Below, piece by piece: positions 40,026 through 50,130 of a stretch of 64,000 nucleotides of DNA. Position 1 is the stretch's first letter. Every line of letters begins with the position of its first letter. This DNA comes from Candidatus Margulisiibacteriota bacterium. GTDB lineage: Bacteria > Margulisbacteria > Marinamargulisbacteria > JBFWNS01. The stretch lies in assembly GCA_050250935.1 (NCBI GenBank), contig JBFWNS010000001.1:320001-384000 (forward strand). Direction: 5' to 3'. The notes under the pieces are model-generated. The model did not search any database, was not told the origin of the DNA, and saw nothing but the letters and a program-made list of their open reading frames with translations. Position numbers and translations under genes: made by a program.

Positions 40026-40773
40026 CCACCACGTGATGAATGTCGAAGGTTACCCGAACTTCACCAAATTTCTCGTTAAAAACACTGTCCAACTGTTCTA
40101 GAAAACGGGGGGTCCACAACCCCATGCTGACGGTTTCTTTGGCGCCCAACATACGAATATAGACCAACAACTCTCGGGTAGAACCAAAGGTCTTGGTAAA
40201 GGTTTGGGTGCTACATTCTGCCGATGTCCAGTTTTTCAACAACCCACTCAGGGTTTTCTGGGTGGGGAAGCGACTGGCCGAAATCCAACTGGCAGGAATA
40301 CCTTGTTGTTCTAAAACGGCTCCCCATTCGTGGAAAGTTCTGGGACCAAACAAACTGGCCGCCAAAACCCCACCCGGTTTCAACACCGCCTCTTGAAGCC
40401 AATCGATGGTTTTTTCCAGATCTTCAACCCATTGCAAAACGGCATTGGAAAAGACCCCATCGTGGGTCTGAAAGCTCATCCAATAGGGCGCCACCCCCAG
40501 TTGATAGGTCACCCGATCGTGGGCATGGTGGTCTTGGGCATAGGTGATCATGTTGGGCGAGGCGTCCACGCCCAAGACTTTGGCCTTGGGAAAATGGTTG
40601 GCCAAGGACACCGTATGTCGCCCAGTGCCACAGCCCAAATCCACCAGCGCTGTGGCTGTTTGGGGCACCTCTTCGATAAAACGGCCCAACAAGGCTTCTG
40701 CCGATTGTTGTTGAATAAAATCCACCGCTTCGTAGGTCGCTGCTGCATTATCGAAAGCTTGTTTGGAAGGCAT
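40015..40773 (-). CDS. bioC: BioC-like SAM-dependent methyltransferase
   Basis: AFDNAAATYE...QQ, DLGCGTG, SNAVLQW, LKPGG..FGPRTFHE. Confidence 0.7.
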   Translation of the reverse strand: MPSKQAFDNAAATYEAVDFIQQQSAEALLGRFIEEVPQTATALVDLGCGTGRHTVSLANHFPKAKVLGVDASPNMITYAQDHHAHDRVTYQLGVAPYWMSFQTHDGVFSNAVLQWVEDLEKTIDWLQEAVLKPGGVLAASLFGPRTFHEWGAVLEQQGIPASWISASRFPTQKTLSGLLKNWTSAECSTQTFTKTFGSTRELLVYIRMLGAKETVSMGLWTPRFLEQLDSVFNEKFGEVRVTFDIHHVVARA

Positions 40774-40830
40774 GGCTTTATTTTACCCCAGTTTTATGAT
40801 ATTCTGCAGCTCTCGTTTTTTCCCCATCGG

Positions 40831-40907
40831 GGGCGGTTAGCTCAGCTGGTTAGAGCACCTGCCTTACAAGCAGGGGGTCTGGGGTTCGAATCCCTAACCG
40901 CCCACCA
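40831..40907 (+). tRNA. tRNA-Val(TAC)
   Basis: GGGCGGTTAGCTCAGCTGGTTAGAGCACCTGCCTTACAAGCAGGGGGTCTGGGGTTCGAATCCCTAACCGCCCACCA. Confidence 0.98.
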
Positions 40908-40962
40908 CTTTTAGCACCTTAAAGTGCTTCGGCTGGCTAGCCCGTTATAATTTATCTGAGAC

Positions 40963-42534
40963 CTAATGCGCATCCACCTTCGCATCCAAGCGGCGTTGCA
41001 TTTTCATGGCAAACACGGGAATGACCATGAGAACGACCAAGATGATGACGCACCAGGACAATTGATTAAAGCTCATCATGAAGGTTTGTTCCATGACGCG
41101 GCCATAGAGGGCTTTGGTGGCAAAGGTTGTGGGAGAACCGAACCCAATGTTCTGGGTCATGGCGTGGGGGATGGTGGCTTTGGATAGGGAGACAAAATCG
41201 TGATACCCAGAAGGGCTTAACAACGACACATTTCCCCGTAAATCCTCGTAGTTTTGTTTGCTAAAACGGGTCAACAACAGGGACAGAGACGCAATGCCAA
41301 TACTGCCGCCAATCTGCCTAAAAAAGTTCATAAGCCCATTCACTTGGGCCAGTTCTTCGCCTCTAAACTGACTGGTTACGGTACTTAGAATGGGCAAAAA
41401 CAAACACCCAGCCCCGATTCCTCGTAGAATCAGTGGCAAAAACAGGGCCTGTGCACCGGTGCTGGTGCTAAAGCCTGTCATCAGCAAGACCGAGGAAGCC
41501 GCAATGGTGATGCCGGCCAAAATGATGGCACGTGGATGCACATGTTTGGCAATGCGACTGACCACCATCATGGTCATGGCCGTGGCCACGGAACCCGGAA
41601 TAAACAACAGCCCGGTTTGGGTAGCGGTTAAATGCATGACTTTATCGCTTAAAATGGGAACCACGAAGGTGAGGGTATACAAAATCACGCCCAGAGCCAT
41701 CATCAATAAAGAGCCGGCGTTAACGGCGTTGGTTTTAAATAACCTTAAATTCATGATGGGGTTTTTGACTTTTAACTCCCACACGATAAACGAGATCAAA
41801 CTGACAAGGGCACAGACCAAACACACCCGAATCGAGGTCGCATCGAACCACCCTTCGGCCTGACCGCGTTCCAAAATAAATTGAAAACAACCGACTCCCG
41901 AAAACAACAGGGCAAAGCCAATCCAATCCACCGATTTTTTGGAAGCCCCAGGATCGGGCTGAACCTGATCGATATACACATACGAACAAATGGCCGCCAC
42001 AATGCCAATGGGAATATTGACATTAAAAATGGCCCGCCACCCAAAATTATCGGTCAGATAGCCGCCAAGAACAGGGCCCAGGGCCGGACCGATCATGATG
42101 CTCATGCCGAAAATGGCCATGGCCAAGGTGACTTTTTCTTTGGGAAACTGCTCTTGGATCAGGGTTTGGGCGGTTGGCAACAAGGCCCCGCCAGACAAGC
42201 CCTGCAAAATTCGAAAAAACACCAAGACGAGTAAATTGGGGGAAATCCCACACATAAACGAGGCCAAGGTAAACAGTAAAATGGCCCCTGTAAAATAGTT
42301 CCGACGTCCCAGGCGGGTTCCAAACCAAGCCGCGATGGGCAAAATGATGGAATTGGCGATCATATAGCCAGTAGACACCCAGCTGATGTCGTCCAAGGTA
42401 ACCCCCAAATTGCCCATCATGGTGGGGATGGACACGTTCACAATCGAAGCATCCAAAATTTCCAACAGGGCTGCCATCACCGCTGTAATGATAATGATGA
42501 TCGATTTTCGACTCATGGTTCCGGTTTCGCTCAT
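40963..42534 (-). CDS. emrB: DHA2 family MFS efflux permease (EmrB-like)
   Basis: LDASIVNVSIP, WVSTGYMIA, FRILQG, GPALGPVLGGYLTD..GWR.IFNVNIPIG; ~14 TMs. Confidence 0.92.
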   Translation of the reverse strand: MSETGTMSRKSIIIIITAVMAALLEILDASIVNVSIPTMMGNLGVTLDDISWVSTGYMIANSIILPIAAWFGTRLGRRNYFTGAILLFTLASFMCGISPNLLVLVFFRILQGLSGGALLPTAQTLIQEQFPKEKVTLAMAIFGMSIMIGPALGPVLGGYLTDNFGWRAIFNVNIPIGIVAAICSYVYIDQVQPDPGASKKSVDWIGFALLFSGVGCFQFILERGQAEGWFDATSIRVCLVCALVSLISFIVWELKVKNPIMNLRLFKTNAVNAGSLLMMALGVILYTLTFVVPILSDKVMHLTATQTGLLFIPGSVATAMTMMVVSRIAKHVHPRAIILAGITIAASSVLLMTGFSTSTGAQALFLPLILRGIGAGCLFLPILSTVTSQFRGEELAQVNGLMNFFRQIGGSIGIASLSLLLTRFSKQNYEDLRGNVSLLSPSGYHDFVSLSKATIPHAMTQNIGFGSPTTFATKALYGRVMEQTFMMSFNQLSWCVIILVVLMVIPVFAMKMQRRLDAKVDAH

Positions 42535-42543
42535 GGTTGGTTT

Positions 42544-43389
42544 TTAACGGCGTTTTACCGACACTTCGGCAGACAATCCAGCCTGAAGCAACACCACATC
42601 GGCCTTGGACAAATGGGTTAACCGAATTTTGACCGGCACCCGTTGCACCACCTTGGTGAAATTACCCACGGCATTGTCTGGGGGTAGCAAACTGAAGGCT
42701 GCTCCGGTACTGGGACTGATGCTTTCAACCTCGCCTTCGAAGGTTCGGTGGGCAATGGCATCTATCACCACTTTGGCGGGTTTTCCAGGGACAATTCCGG
42801 CCAATTCTGTTTCTTTAAAGTTGGCCACCACCCATCGGTCATCGCCGATGACGAATCCCATCAACGGCTGGCCAGGCACCACAGCCATGCCCACTTCGAA
42901 GGATTTTTTCGCCACCCGCCCATCGGCTGGGGCTTTGATTTCGGTGTGCGAGAAATTTTCTTCGGATTGTTTAACTTGGGCATCGGCTGCCTTGAGTTTT
43001 TCGGTGAGGGCGTTAAAAGCAGCCTGTGTTGCATCCACCCGTTCTTTGGTTTCGGCACCCACTTTATACAAGGCCAAACTGCGCTTGTAGTTGGTTTGGG
43101 CATTCCGTTGTTGAACCGCCAAAGACGCATAGTCCGCTTTAGACAAATTCAAGGCATTTTGATAGTTCACCGTTCGCAAAGTGGCCAAAACTTGACCCGC
43201 TTTAACCCGTTGGTTTTCCTCAACATTAACCGTTTCGATGGTCCCTGCCACTTCGGCCGAAAGGAGGGTGGTCTTGGCTTCGACCGAGGCATTGTCCGTT
43301 GTGACATACCGATAGGCCCGATACCCCAGGGTTCCCGCACCCGCAACCAACCCACAGAGCACAACCCCAATCACCCATTTCTTATTCAT
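42544..43389 (-). CDS. emrA: HlyD/EmrA family periplasmic adaptor
   Basis: TDNA, WVVANFKET, FSLLPPDNAVGNFTKVVQRVPVKI. Confidence 0.93.
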   Translation of the reverse strand: MNKKWVIGVVLCGLVAGAGTLGYRAYRYVTTDNASVEAKTTLLSAEVAGTIETVNVEENQRVKAGQVLATLRTVNYQNALNLSKADYASLAVQQRNAQTNYKRSLALYKVGAETKERVDATQAAFNALTEKLKAADAQVKQSEENFSHTEIKAPADGRVAKKSFEVGMAVVPGQPLMGFVIGDDRWVVANFKETELAGIVPGKPAKVVIDAIAHRTFEGEVESISPSTGAAFSLLPPDNAVGNFTKVVQRVPVKIRLTHLSKADVVLLQAGLSAEVSVKRR

Positions 43390-43394
43390 ACGCT

Positions 43395-44693
43395 TTACAA
43401 TCTCCTTCCCAAAATCATTTCAAGGTTAATTAAGGCTTCGACGGCATTCATTTGGGCCTTTAATTTGCCAGCATCAGACAAAAACAAATCCAATCTAGCA
43501 TCCAGAACCTCAGTTTGGGTTCGGGTTCCAGCAAGAGCTTCCAACTTTACCAATCTCACACTTTCTTGGGACCGTTTTGCATCCAGTGTCTTCACCTGAA
43601 ACCGCAGCACATTGCTTTTGAAAGTCTTTTTCCAACGGTCAAAGTCCGCATAGGCTGCGAGTTTGGCCGCCTGAATTTCGCTATCGAGTTCGATTTCTTG
43701 GGCCTTTAATGCCTGGACTTTGGCCAAGCCAACCTGGCCATCGAACAAGGTCCAATGGGCCACAAGGGCCGTTTGATAGGCTGTTCTAAACCCGTCTCCG
43801 AATACAGCGCTGTTTCGGTTGTTGTAGGCGTCATAAGAGCCCACGGCTGAAAGCTCTGGCAGGTACCAAGGCTTTTGGGTTCCTTCTGCTTTTTCAAGGG
43901 CCTGCTTTCGGGCAGCGAGGGCGTTAAGATCGGACCTGGCTCTGAGTGTCGGATCAAAAACCAGAGCATCCACCATTTTTATATCTGGGGTTGGCAAGGC
44001 CCCCACCAAGGTCCGATCGTCGGTGGTTTTGCCCAACAGTTGGGTCACGGTTTGCCTGGCCGTGGCTACCGCATCTTTGGCATCGGCCGCCTCCAGAGTT
44101 GCTTCGCTGAGCTTAACTTGTACTCGCAAAACATCGTAGTCCGTTGCACGACCGCCCCGTTTTTGATTCTGAACTTGTTTGAATTGCTCTTGAAGGGCCT
44201 CCACATGGTGGGTCGTTACGGCTTGCATGTCGTGTGCGGTAAGGGCTTTATAGAACGCGAGCCGAACCGATTCTTCCACCCTAAACCGAACATGGTCCAC
44301 CGCTTGCTGGGCAGCCACAACGGTTTGTTCGGCAGCCTCGACTGCGGCCCCATTGGCAAATCCATCAAACAAAGGCAGGCTGGCTTTTAGCCCATACACG
44401 GTGGTGGGATAGATGGACGGAAAGGAAACGGTTTCGCCACCAAATGGTACGTCCAAAACCTCGTATTCATGACCCAAAACATGCCCAGCATTGGCCGACA
44501 ATTTGGGCAAATAAGCCTGGCCCCACTGGACCTCTTTTTGCCATTTGGCTTGGGCCAATGTGGCTTCAGCCTTTTGAAGGATCGGCGACTGAATTTTGGC
44601 CTCTGCAATGGCCTGATCCACCGTCAATTCATGGGCCATCACGCAAGCAGGAATCGCTATTACAGCCAGACAAACACCCACAAAACCTCGCAT
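43395..44693 (-). CDS. TolC family outer membrane efflux protein
   Basis: Signal peptide, duplicated YLP.LS...LPLFDG / LPELS...WTLFDG repeats, GTRTQTEVLDA. Confidence 0.9.
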   Translation of the reverse strand: MRGFVGVCLAVIAIPACVMAHELTVDQAIAEAKIQSPILQKAEATLAQAKWQKEVQWGQAYLPKLSANAGHVLGHEYEVLDVPFGGETVSFPSIYPTTVYGLKASLPLFDGFANGAAVEAAEQTVVAAQQAVDHVRFRVEESVRLAFYKALTAHDMQAVTTHHVEALQEQFKQVQNQKRGGRATDYDVLRVQVKLSEATLEAADAKDAVATARQTVTQLLGKTTDDRTLVGALPTPDIKMVDALVFDPTLRARSDLNALAARKQALEKAEGTQKPWYLPELSAVGSYDAYNNRNSAVFGDGFRTAYQTALVAHWTLFDGQVGLAKVQALKAQEIELDSEIQAAKLAAYADFDRWKKTFKSNVLRFQVKTLDAKRSQESVRLVKLEALAGTRTQTEVLDARLDLFLSDAGKLKAQMNAVEALINLEMILGRRL

Positions 44694-44801
44694 AAAAACC
44701 TCGTTATTGTTTTTTTGGTACAAAAGCGCAGTCTAATTCAGATTGACATTGTTTGCAAGTAATCATTTACATACTTATAGCCCCTGTGTTAGGGTTTTTT
44801 C

Positions 44802-45413
44802 ATGGGACCAGAATCCATCAAAAAAAGAGACAAAGAAGCCAGCATTCAAAAGCTTCTGGCCGCTGGGGTAAAGGTTTTTTCGACCTATGGCTACGACGCG
44901 GCAACCACCAAGCGTATTGCCCAAGAAGCCGGCATGAACGAATCGCTCATCAGCCGCTATTTCGATGGCAAAGCGGGGCTATTGGTGGAAATTATTCGTA
45001 GTTTTATAGAAAAAGAATGCGACCATGGCACCCTGAAAAACTACCCTGAAGGGGATACGCTAGAAGCTGAAATGCTTCATTTTTTTAGCTCGAAACTCAA
45101 ACATTATTTGGCTGTAAAACCCTTCTTAAAAGTGGTTTTTTCCAGGGCAATTATCGACCCAAAGGTGGCCAAAGAAGTTCAAATTAGAACGGCAAAAGGC
45201 AGCGCTTCCAAGCTTTTAGAACGATTAAGAGCCCTTCAAACCCGGGGTCAAATTCGGGCAGATGTGGATGTCGAAAAAACCTGCTTCACCATTAACAACA
45301 CCTGTTTTTCCATGGGATTTTTTGGACACACGGTTATGGGGTTGGACAAAGACTATATTTGGGGGGCTTTGACCGATTTCGCCAGGGATTTTTCAAAAGG
45401 ACTGTCCACCTAG
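44802..45413 (+). CDS. TetR/AcrR family regulator, divergent from efflux operon
   Basis: FSTYGYDAATTKRIAQEAGMNESLISRYFDGKAGL HTH. Confidence 0.95.
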   Translation: MGPESIKKRDKEASIQKLLAAGVKVFSTYGYDAATTKRIAQEAGMNESLISRYFDGKAGLLVEIIRSFIEKECDHGTLKNYPEGDTLEAEMLHFFSSKLKHYLAVKPFLKVVFSRAIIDPKVAKEVQIRTAKGSASKLLERLRALQTRGQIRADVDVEKTCFTINNTCFSMGFFGHTVMGLDKDYIWGALTDFARDFSKGLST

Positions 45414-45419
45414 TCGTTC

Positions 45420-46265
45420 TTAGTCTTTAACCATGTGTACCACCCGTTGTGGGAAGGGGATTTCGATGCCTTCTTTGTCGAAAGCAATTTTTAGGCGCAT
45501 GCGCAATTCCCCGGCTACTTCCCATTGTTTAAGGGGCTTGGTTTCTCCCAAAATTTTGATGGTAACCGAGGAATCGGCAAAGTCGTCCACCCGCAAAAAA
45601 TGGGGTGGCAGGGTAATTTCGTCTCGCCAAGCCGGGTCTTCGGACAAGGTTTTTCCCACTTCGTTGACGACGCGAATCACTTTTTCCAAGGAGACGCTGT
45701 AAGACACCCCAATATTTAAGTTCACCCTTGAGAACTCTTTGGAAAAATTGGCCACCTTGGTTACCGCGCCGTGGGGAATGTGATGCACCACCCCATCCAA
45801 GTCTCGCAACGTGGTCATGCGCAAGGTAATGTCTTCGACCAACCCACTGTCCTGGTCGATGCACACCACATCGCCAATGCGGTATTGGTTTTCCAGAATA
45901 ATAAACAAACCGGTGATCAAATCTCGAATTAAATATTGGCCCCCAAAACCCAGTGCCAAACCCGCAACACCCGCTGCGGCCAACAAGGGGCCAATGGCAA
46001 TGCCCACCTCTTGCAAAATCATCAACAAGACAATAATTAACACCACCACTTTGGCTGATGTTGAAAAAATACGAAGCAGGGTTTCTTCCCGTCGTTGCGC
46101 CTCTTCAGGGCTTAATTGTTTGGCGTTGACCAACCGGTGAATAAACCGATTCAGGGAATATTGTACAAATTTGTGGGCAACAAAGCCTCCCACAGCAATC
46201 ACCATCACCTTAATGCCGTGATGCATCATCCAAGGGACATTATCCTGGAACCTAAAATACTTCAT
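45420..46265 (-). CDS. Small-conductance mechanosensitive channel (MscS/YbiO-like)
   Basis: LLAAAGVAGLALGFGGQ..D..TG.FI.LENQY.IGD, LR.T.LRD.DG..H.IP, GIEIPFPQR. Confidence 0.95.
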   Translation of the reverse strand: MKYFRFQDNVPWMMHHGIKVMVIAVGGFVAHKFVQYSLNRFIHRLVNAKQLSPEEAQRREETLLRIFSTSAKVVVLIIVLLMILQEVGIAIGPLLAAAGVAGLALGFGGQYLIRDLITGLFIILENQYRIGDVVCIDQDSGLVEDITLRMTTLRDLDGVVHHIPHGAVTKVANFSKEFSRVNLNIGVSYSVSLEKVIRVVNEVGKTLSEDPAWRDEITLPPHFLRVDDFADSSVTIKILGETKPLKQWEVAGELRMRLKIAFDKEGIEIPFPQRVVHMVKD

Positions 46266-46269
46266 GTGC

Positions 46270-46707
46270 TTAATTCTCCCTTCCGATTAAATCGTCTAAA
46301 TAGTGCCTCAACCGCTCGATTTCCTGGGTCATCAGGTGGACGTCTTTGAAGACGGGGTTGTACAACGCTTCGGCCTTTTCCAGCGCTTCTTTGCCGGGTT
46401 TGGACAAGGCCAACATTTTTCGCCGTTCGTCCTGAGGATCGTTACAACTGATGATATAGGCCCGACGCTGGAGTCGCTCGAGGGTTTGGCTTAGGGTTCC
46501 TGGCGTTACCTTAAGGGCTTTGGCCAAGGCCAATGGACTGGCTGTTGGGCGATCGGCCAGGGTGGTCATAAACAACCATTGCACCAAGCTTAGCCCACTT
46601 TTACCCTCTAAAACTTTATTGAGCTGTTGAAACAACAGATTGACGGCCATCAGTTGTTTAAGGGTCTTGGGATCGTATTCGAAGGGGGAATCCATGTTAT
46701 GTATCAT
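46270..46707 (-). CDS. MarR family transcriptional regulator
   Basis: GLSLVQW, LAKALKV..GTLSQTLERL, DPQDERRK..LS..G. Confidence 0.88.
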   Translation of the reverse strand: MIHNMDSPFEYDPKTLKQLMAVNLLFQQLNKVLEGKSGLSLVQWLFMTTLADRPTASPLALAKALKVTPGTLSQTLERLQRRAYIISCNDPQDERRKMLALSKPGKEALEKAEALYNPVFKDVHLMTQEIERLRHYLDDLIGREN

Positions 46708-47482
46708 CTCCTTTCACTGGACTTTGGGATGGGGTGTAAAAAGAAGCCAACACGGTGAGTAGGCGGGTTATTTCTCCCTGGTTTTTAATGTAAAACCGGG
46801 CTTTAGACTGCTTTTTTTGTCCCACCCTAACGGTTAGCAAACAGAGGTCTTGGGACAACCCAAAGACGTCTTCATCTGTATCATCATCGCCGATATAAAA
46901 TCCCGCTTTTGCGCCAGAGTCTCGCATCAACGATAAAAAAGCGGTGCCTTTGTTAAAACCAGATTCGGGAACCAAATTGATCACACATTTACCCAAGACC
47001 ACCCTGGGTGTCGGGTTTAGGGTTTCGACCAGAGCCAAAATCGCCGCTTTAACCTGTTTTTTATGCCGAGATTTTCGATAGTGAACGGCCAAAGAAACCC
47101 CTTTGTCTTCAATTTCAATCCCATATCCTTTGGGCAATTGGATGCGAAACGCCGTTTCCAATTGCTGTTTCCACGCCACCGCTTCTTGCGAAATTTCGTG
47201 CTGCTCGCCAACACCCTCCAAGCCATGATTCCCCACAAAAAAATGGGGTTCCCCACTAAACTTCGAGCGTAAATCGTCCAAGCCACGACCCGAAATAATG
47301 GCCACATCCGCCACTTCTCCCAACTGGCGCAACAACACCTGACGGGGCAAGGTAATGGCGGCCTTGGGCGGATCCAAGACAATTTTGGACAAGGTGCCAT
47401 CAAAATCAAACGCATATAGGGTTTGGGTATAGCTTAGGGATTCCAAAAACTGGCGCCCGATTTTAGAGAATAAATAGATCAT
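46697..47482 (-). CDS. otsB: Trehalose-6-phosphate phosphatase
   Basis: DFDGTL, ISGR, GNHGLE, EDKG..LAVHYR, NKG, IGDDDTDEDVF. Confidence 0.95.
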   Translation of the reverse strand: MIYLFSKIGRQFLESLSYTQTLYAFDFDGTLSKIVLDPPKAAITLPRQVLLRQLGEVADVAIISGRGLDDLRSKFSGEPHFFVGNHGLEGVGEQHEISQEAVAWKQQLETAFRIQLPKGYGIEIEDKGVSLAVHYRKSRHKKQVKAAILALVETLNPTPRVVLGKCVINLVPESGFNKGTAFLSLMRDSGAKAGFYIGDDDTDEDVFGLSQDLCLLTVRVGQKKQSKARFYIKNQGEITRLLTVLASFYTPSQSPVKGDDT

Positions 47483-49719
47483 TGTTGTGCGGCCCTCAAA
47501 CTTTCTTTGGTACTTCCAAATGTTCCGACAAATCGGTTGTGTTGGCGAATTCGGGCAGCATCTATCAACATCTTTCCAGCCCAGCGATACACATTAAATT
47601 CTTGAATCAGGCCGCGCATGGTGCGCATGCGATCTCGTTGTTCGTTTTCAGACATGTCCAAAGACACCTTCAGGGCAGCTGCACATTGGTCGATGTTGTA
47701 GGGATTCACAATAAGCGCCTGGGGCAATTCCCGAGACGCCCCAGCAAACTGACTTAAAATTAAGACCCCCTGATTGTCGTCCCTGGCAGCCACAAATTCT
47801 TTGGCCACCAAATTCATCCCATCATGCAAACTGCTTACCACACAGACATCAGACCCCCTAAAATAGGTGGTAATTTGTTCTTGGCTATGGTGTTCAATCT
47901 TCAAACAAATGGGCACATACCCTGGTAAGGAAAAGCGGTGGTTAATTTTACGGGCCAAATCCCGTACCTGGGATTCCAGGTGCTGATACTGCTCGATGGT
48001 CGAGCGACTGGGGGCTGCAATTTGAACAAAGGTAAACCGCCCAATCCATTCTGGATAGACCTCTAAAAACCGCTCCACGGCCATAAAACGTTCCAAAATA
48101 CCCTTGGTATAGTCCAACCGCTCCACCCCAATGCCCAGCCGTCTGTCGGCCGGAAATCCATTATGAACCCGAATGGCCTGTCGACACCCTTCGATGGACA
48201 AGGTCTTGCCCTGGGCTTTGGGCGGCCATTCGATGGAAATGGGATAGTGATTGATCGCCGTTAACTCACCACCAAACGAAATGGTCGAGGTTTCTTGGTC
48301 GATACGACACTCCACAAACCGATCCACGGTATCGATAAAATTGTTGCAATGAAACCGGGTGTGAAACCCGATGATGCTGCTGCCCAACAATCCTTCCAAA
48401 ATTTCGTTTCGCCAGGGACAAATCCCAAACGATTCGGGATTGGGCCAGGGAATATGCCAAAACGTAATGATGGTTGCTTTGGGCAATTTGGCTTTAATCA
48501 TCCGGGGCAACAAGGCCAAATGGTAGTCTTGAACCAACACAACGGGGTCCTTGGTTTTGGCTTCTTCAAAGACAGCATCGGCAAATTTCTGATTCACCGA
48601 CACATAATGATCCCAGTCCTGGGCCCGAAAAATGGGGCGGGTATGGGCCATATGACACAGGGGCCAGAGACCTTCGTTGGAAAAGCCATAGTAGTATCCT
48701 TGCTCTTCTTCTTTGGACAGCCACACCCGACGAATCTGATAACTGGGGTTTTCTGGTGGGACTTGCACATGGTCATATTGGTCCACAGTTTCGCGGTCCG
48801 CATCTCCGCCGCCGTGGGCAATCCAAGTTCCCGAACAGGCCCGCATGACTGGCTCTAGCGCCGTCACCAAACCACTGGCCGGCAGCTTGACCGCTATTTC
48901 GCCTTCTTCCCAGGTATGAATGTAAGGCTCTCGGTTAGAGACGATCAAAATTTCGTCCCCAGCAAACTCGGAATGCAAGATTTCCTTTAAAGCCCCTGGA
49001 CTCCAGGTAATTTGAGCCTCGTCTCTGGCCTTTCGATCGGCATCGATGTTGCGAATCAGGGTTCGAATGTCTTTGACGATAGGACTCAGTTCCACAGAGG
49101 GTCGTTCTCCCCAGGGCTTCACCAGCCCTTTTCCTTTGATCAGGGTTCGTATGCCCTTCACCCAACCCCGCCAACTCAGCTGGGCCACCACCACTGTCAC
49201 CAGCGAAATAATGCAGCCCAACAACAGAAACAAATAAAAGATATAGCGTTTGGTTTCAACACTGCGTTTTTGGACAAAACTCATGTCGTGAACCAAAACC
49301 AAATACCCCTTCAACCGCCCTTCACTGACCAAAGGTTGATAAGACACATGCAACAGCCCTTGGGGATAGTCGACCAATCCGGCATTCCCTTGGTTAAGGA
49401 TAGACCCCTTCAACCTTGGGACATCGGGAAAGGTCTTGGTTTTATACAATAACCGTTTATCCGGCCCATAAAACCCAATGGCATAAAGCCGCTCGTCTTG
49501 AATCATTCGGTCGAACAACCGGTTAATTTTGGACCCAGACCCCTCGTCTAAAAAGGTGCTTAACGTATCTTGGACACTGCTTCCTATCAGATGGGTTCGG
49601 CTGGTCAAATCCCGAGAAACCCATTTGAGGGTCAGGTTATCCACCAAGGGTACCACCGCATAGGCCATGGCCACCAACACCAGCAGTAAGGGCAATACAA
49701 AACGCACTGATAATCGCAT
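47479..49719 (-). CDS. otsA: Trehalose-6-phosphate synthase with N-terminal two-TM extracytoplasmic module
   Basis: VSNREP, SGLVTAL, YYGFSNEGLWPLCH, QDYHL, FWHIPWP, ERLDYTKG, DGMNLVAKEF; ~240 aa N-terminal extension with two TMs. Confidence 0.93.
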   Translation of the reverse strand: MRLSVRFVLPLLLVLVAMAYAVVPLVDNLTLKWVSRDLTSRTHLIGSSVQDTLSTFLDEGSGSKINRLFDRMIQDERLYAIGFYGPDKRLLYKTKTFPDVPRLKGSILNQGNAGLVDYPQGLLHVSYQPLVSEGRLKGYLVLVHDMSFVQKRSVETKRYIFYLFLLLGCIISLVTVVVAQLSWRGWVKGIRTLIKGKGLVKPWGERPSVELSPIVKDIRTLIRNIDADRKARDEAQITWSPGALKEILHSEFAGDEILIVSNREPYIHTWEEGEIAVKLPASGLVTALEPVMRACSGTWIAHGGGDADRETVDQYDHVQVPPENPSYQIRRVWLSKEEEQGYYYGFSNEGLWPLCHMAHTRPIFRAQDWDHYVSVNQKFADAVFEEAKTKDPVVLVQDYHLALLPRMIKAKLPKATIITFWHIPWPNPESFGICPWRNEILEGLLGSSIIGFHTRFHCNNFIDTVDRFVECRIDQETSTISFGGELTAINHYPISIEWPPKAQGKTLSIEGCRQAIRVHNGFPADRRLGIGVERLDYTKGILERFMAVERFLEVYPEWIGRFTFVQIAAPSRSTIEQYQHLESQVRDLARKINHRFSLPGYVPICLKIEHHSQEQITTYFRGSDVCVVSSLHDGMNLVAKEFVAARDDNQGVLILSQFAGASRELPQALIVNPYNIDQCAAALKVSLDMSENEQRDRMRTMRGLIQEFNVYRWAGKMLIDAARIRQHNRFVGTFGSTKESLRAAQQ

Positions 49720-49770
49720 GACACCAGTTTACACAAAAATTACTTTGATATCAAATTAAAATATGATTTA

Positions 49771-49799
49771 TTGATTCCATTCCCCAGCTCGGTTATACT
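49771..49799 (+). promoter_or_regulatory. sigma70-type promoter, probably giving a leaderless mRNA
   Basis: TTGATT-17 nt-TATACT, 7 nt before ATG 49807. Confidence 0.65.
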
Positions 49800-49806
49800 C
49801 TTTTCC

Positions 49807-50130
49807 ATGTTAAAACGATGGTTCGTCTGGGGCTTTACCGTATTGACCTTGCTTCTTGGCGGCGCAGAGCTCCCTTGCCAACCCATGCCCTCTTGCTGCG
49901 AAACGACCCCTCAGGGACACCGATGCCCTTGCCCACCCCCTAGCCTAACCCTTGCCTCCCCAGAATCAAGTCTGCAAGCTGTCGCCGAAAAAAGACCTTC
50001 TTTTCTGCCCTCTCCCCTTCAACCCCGCCAGCACGATACCTATGGTTTTCAGCGTGCTTGGCTCTACCAAGACCACCATCCCCATTCTGTTTGGGATTTC
50101 CACAATCGATTCATCAAACTCCAGTGTTAG
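49807..50130 (+). CDS. Small exported Cys/His/Pro-rich protein (107 aa)
   Basis: Signal-like N-terminus, C..PSCC...HRCPCPPP, C-terminal DHHPH..DFHNRFIKLQC; canonical promoter directly upstream. Confidence 0.6.
   Translation: MLKRWFVWGFTVLTLLLGGAELPCQPMPSCCETTPQGHRCPCPPPSLTLASPESSLQAVAEKRPSFLPSPLQPRQHDTYGFQRAWLYQDHHPHSVWDFHNRFIKLQC

Noticed and set aside
44743..44776. TTGACA and AAGTA/TACTT, GTAA/TTAC repeats as TetR promoter/operator
   Set aside because: Plausible location, but the -10 spacing is poor and the repeats are too short to call.
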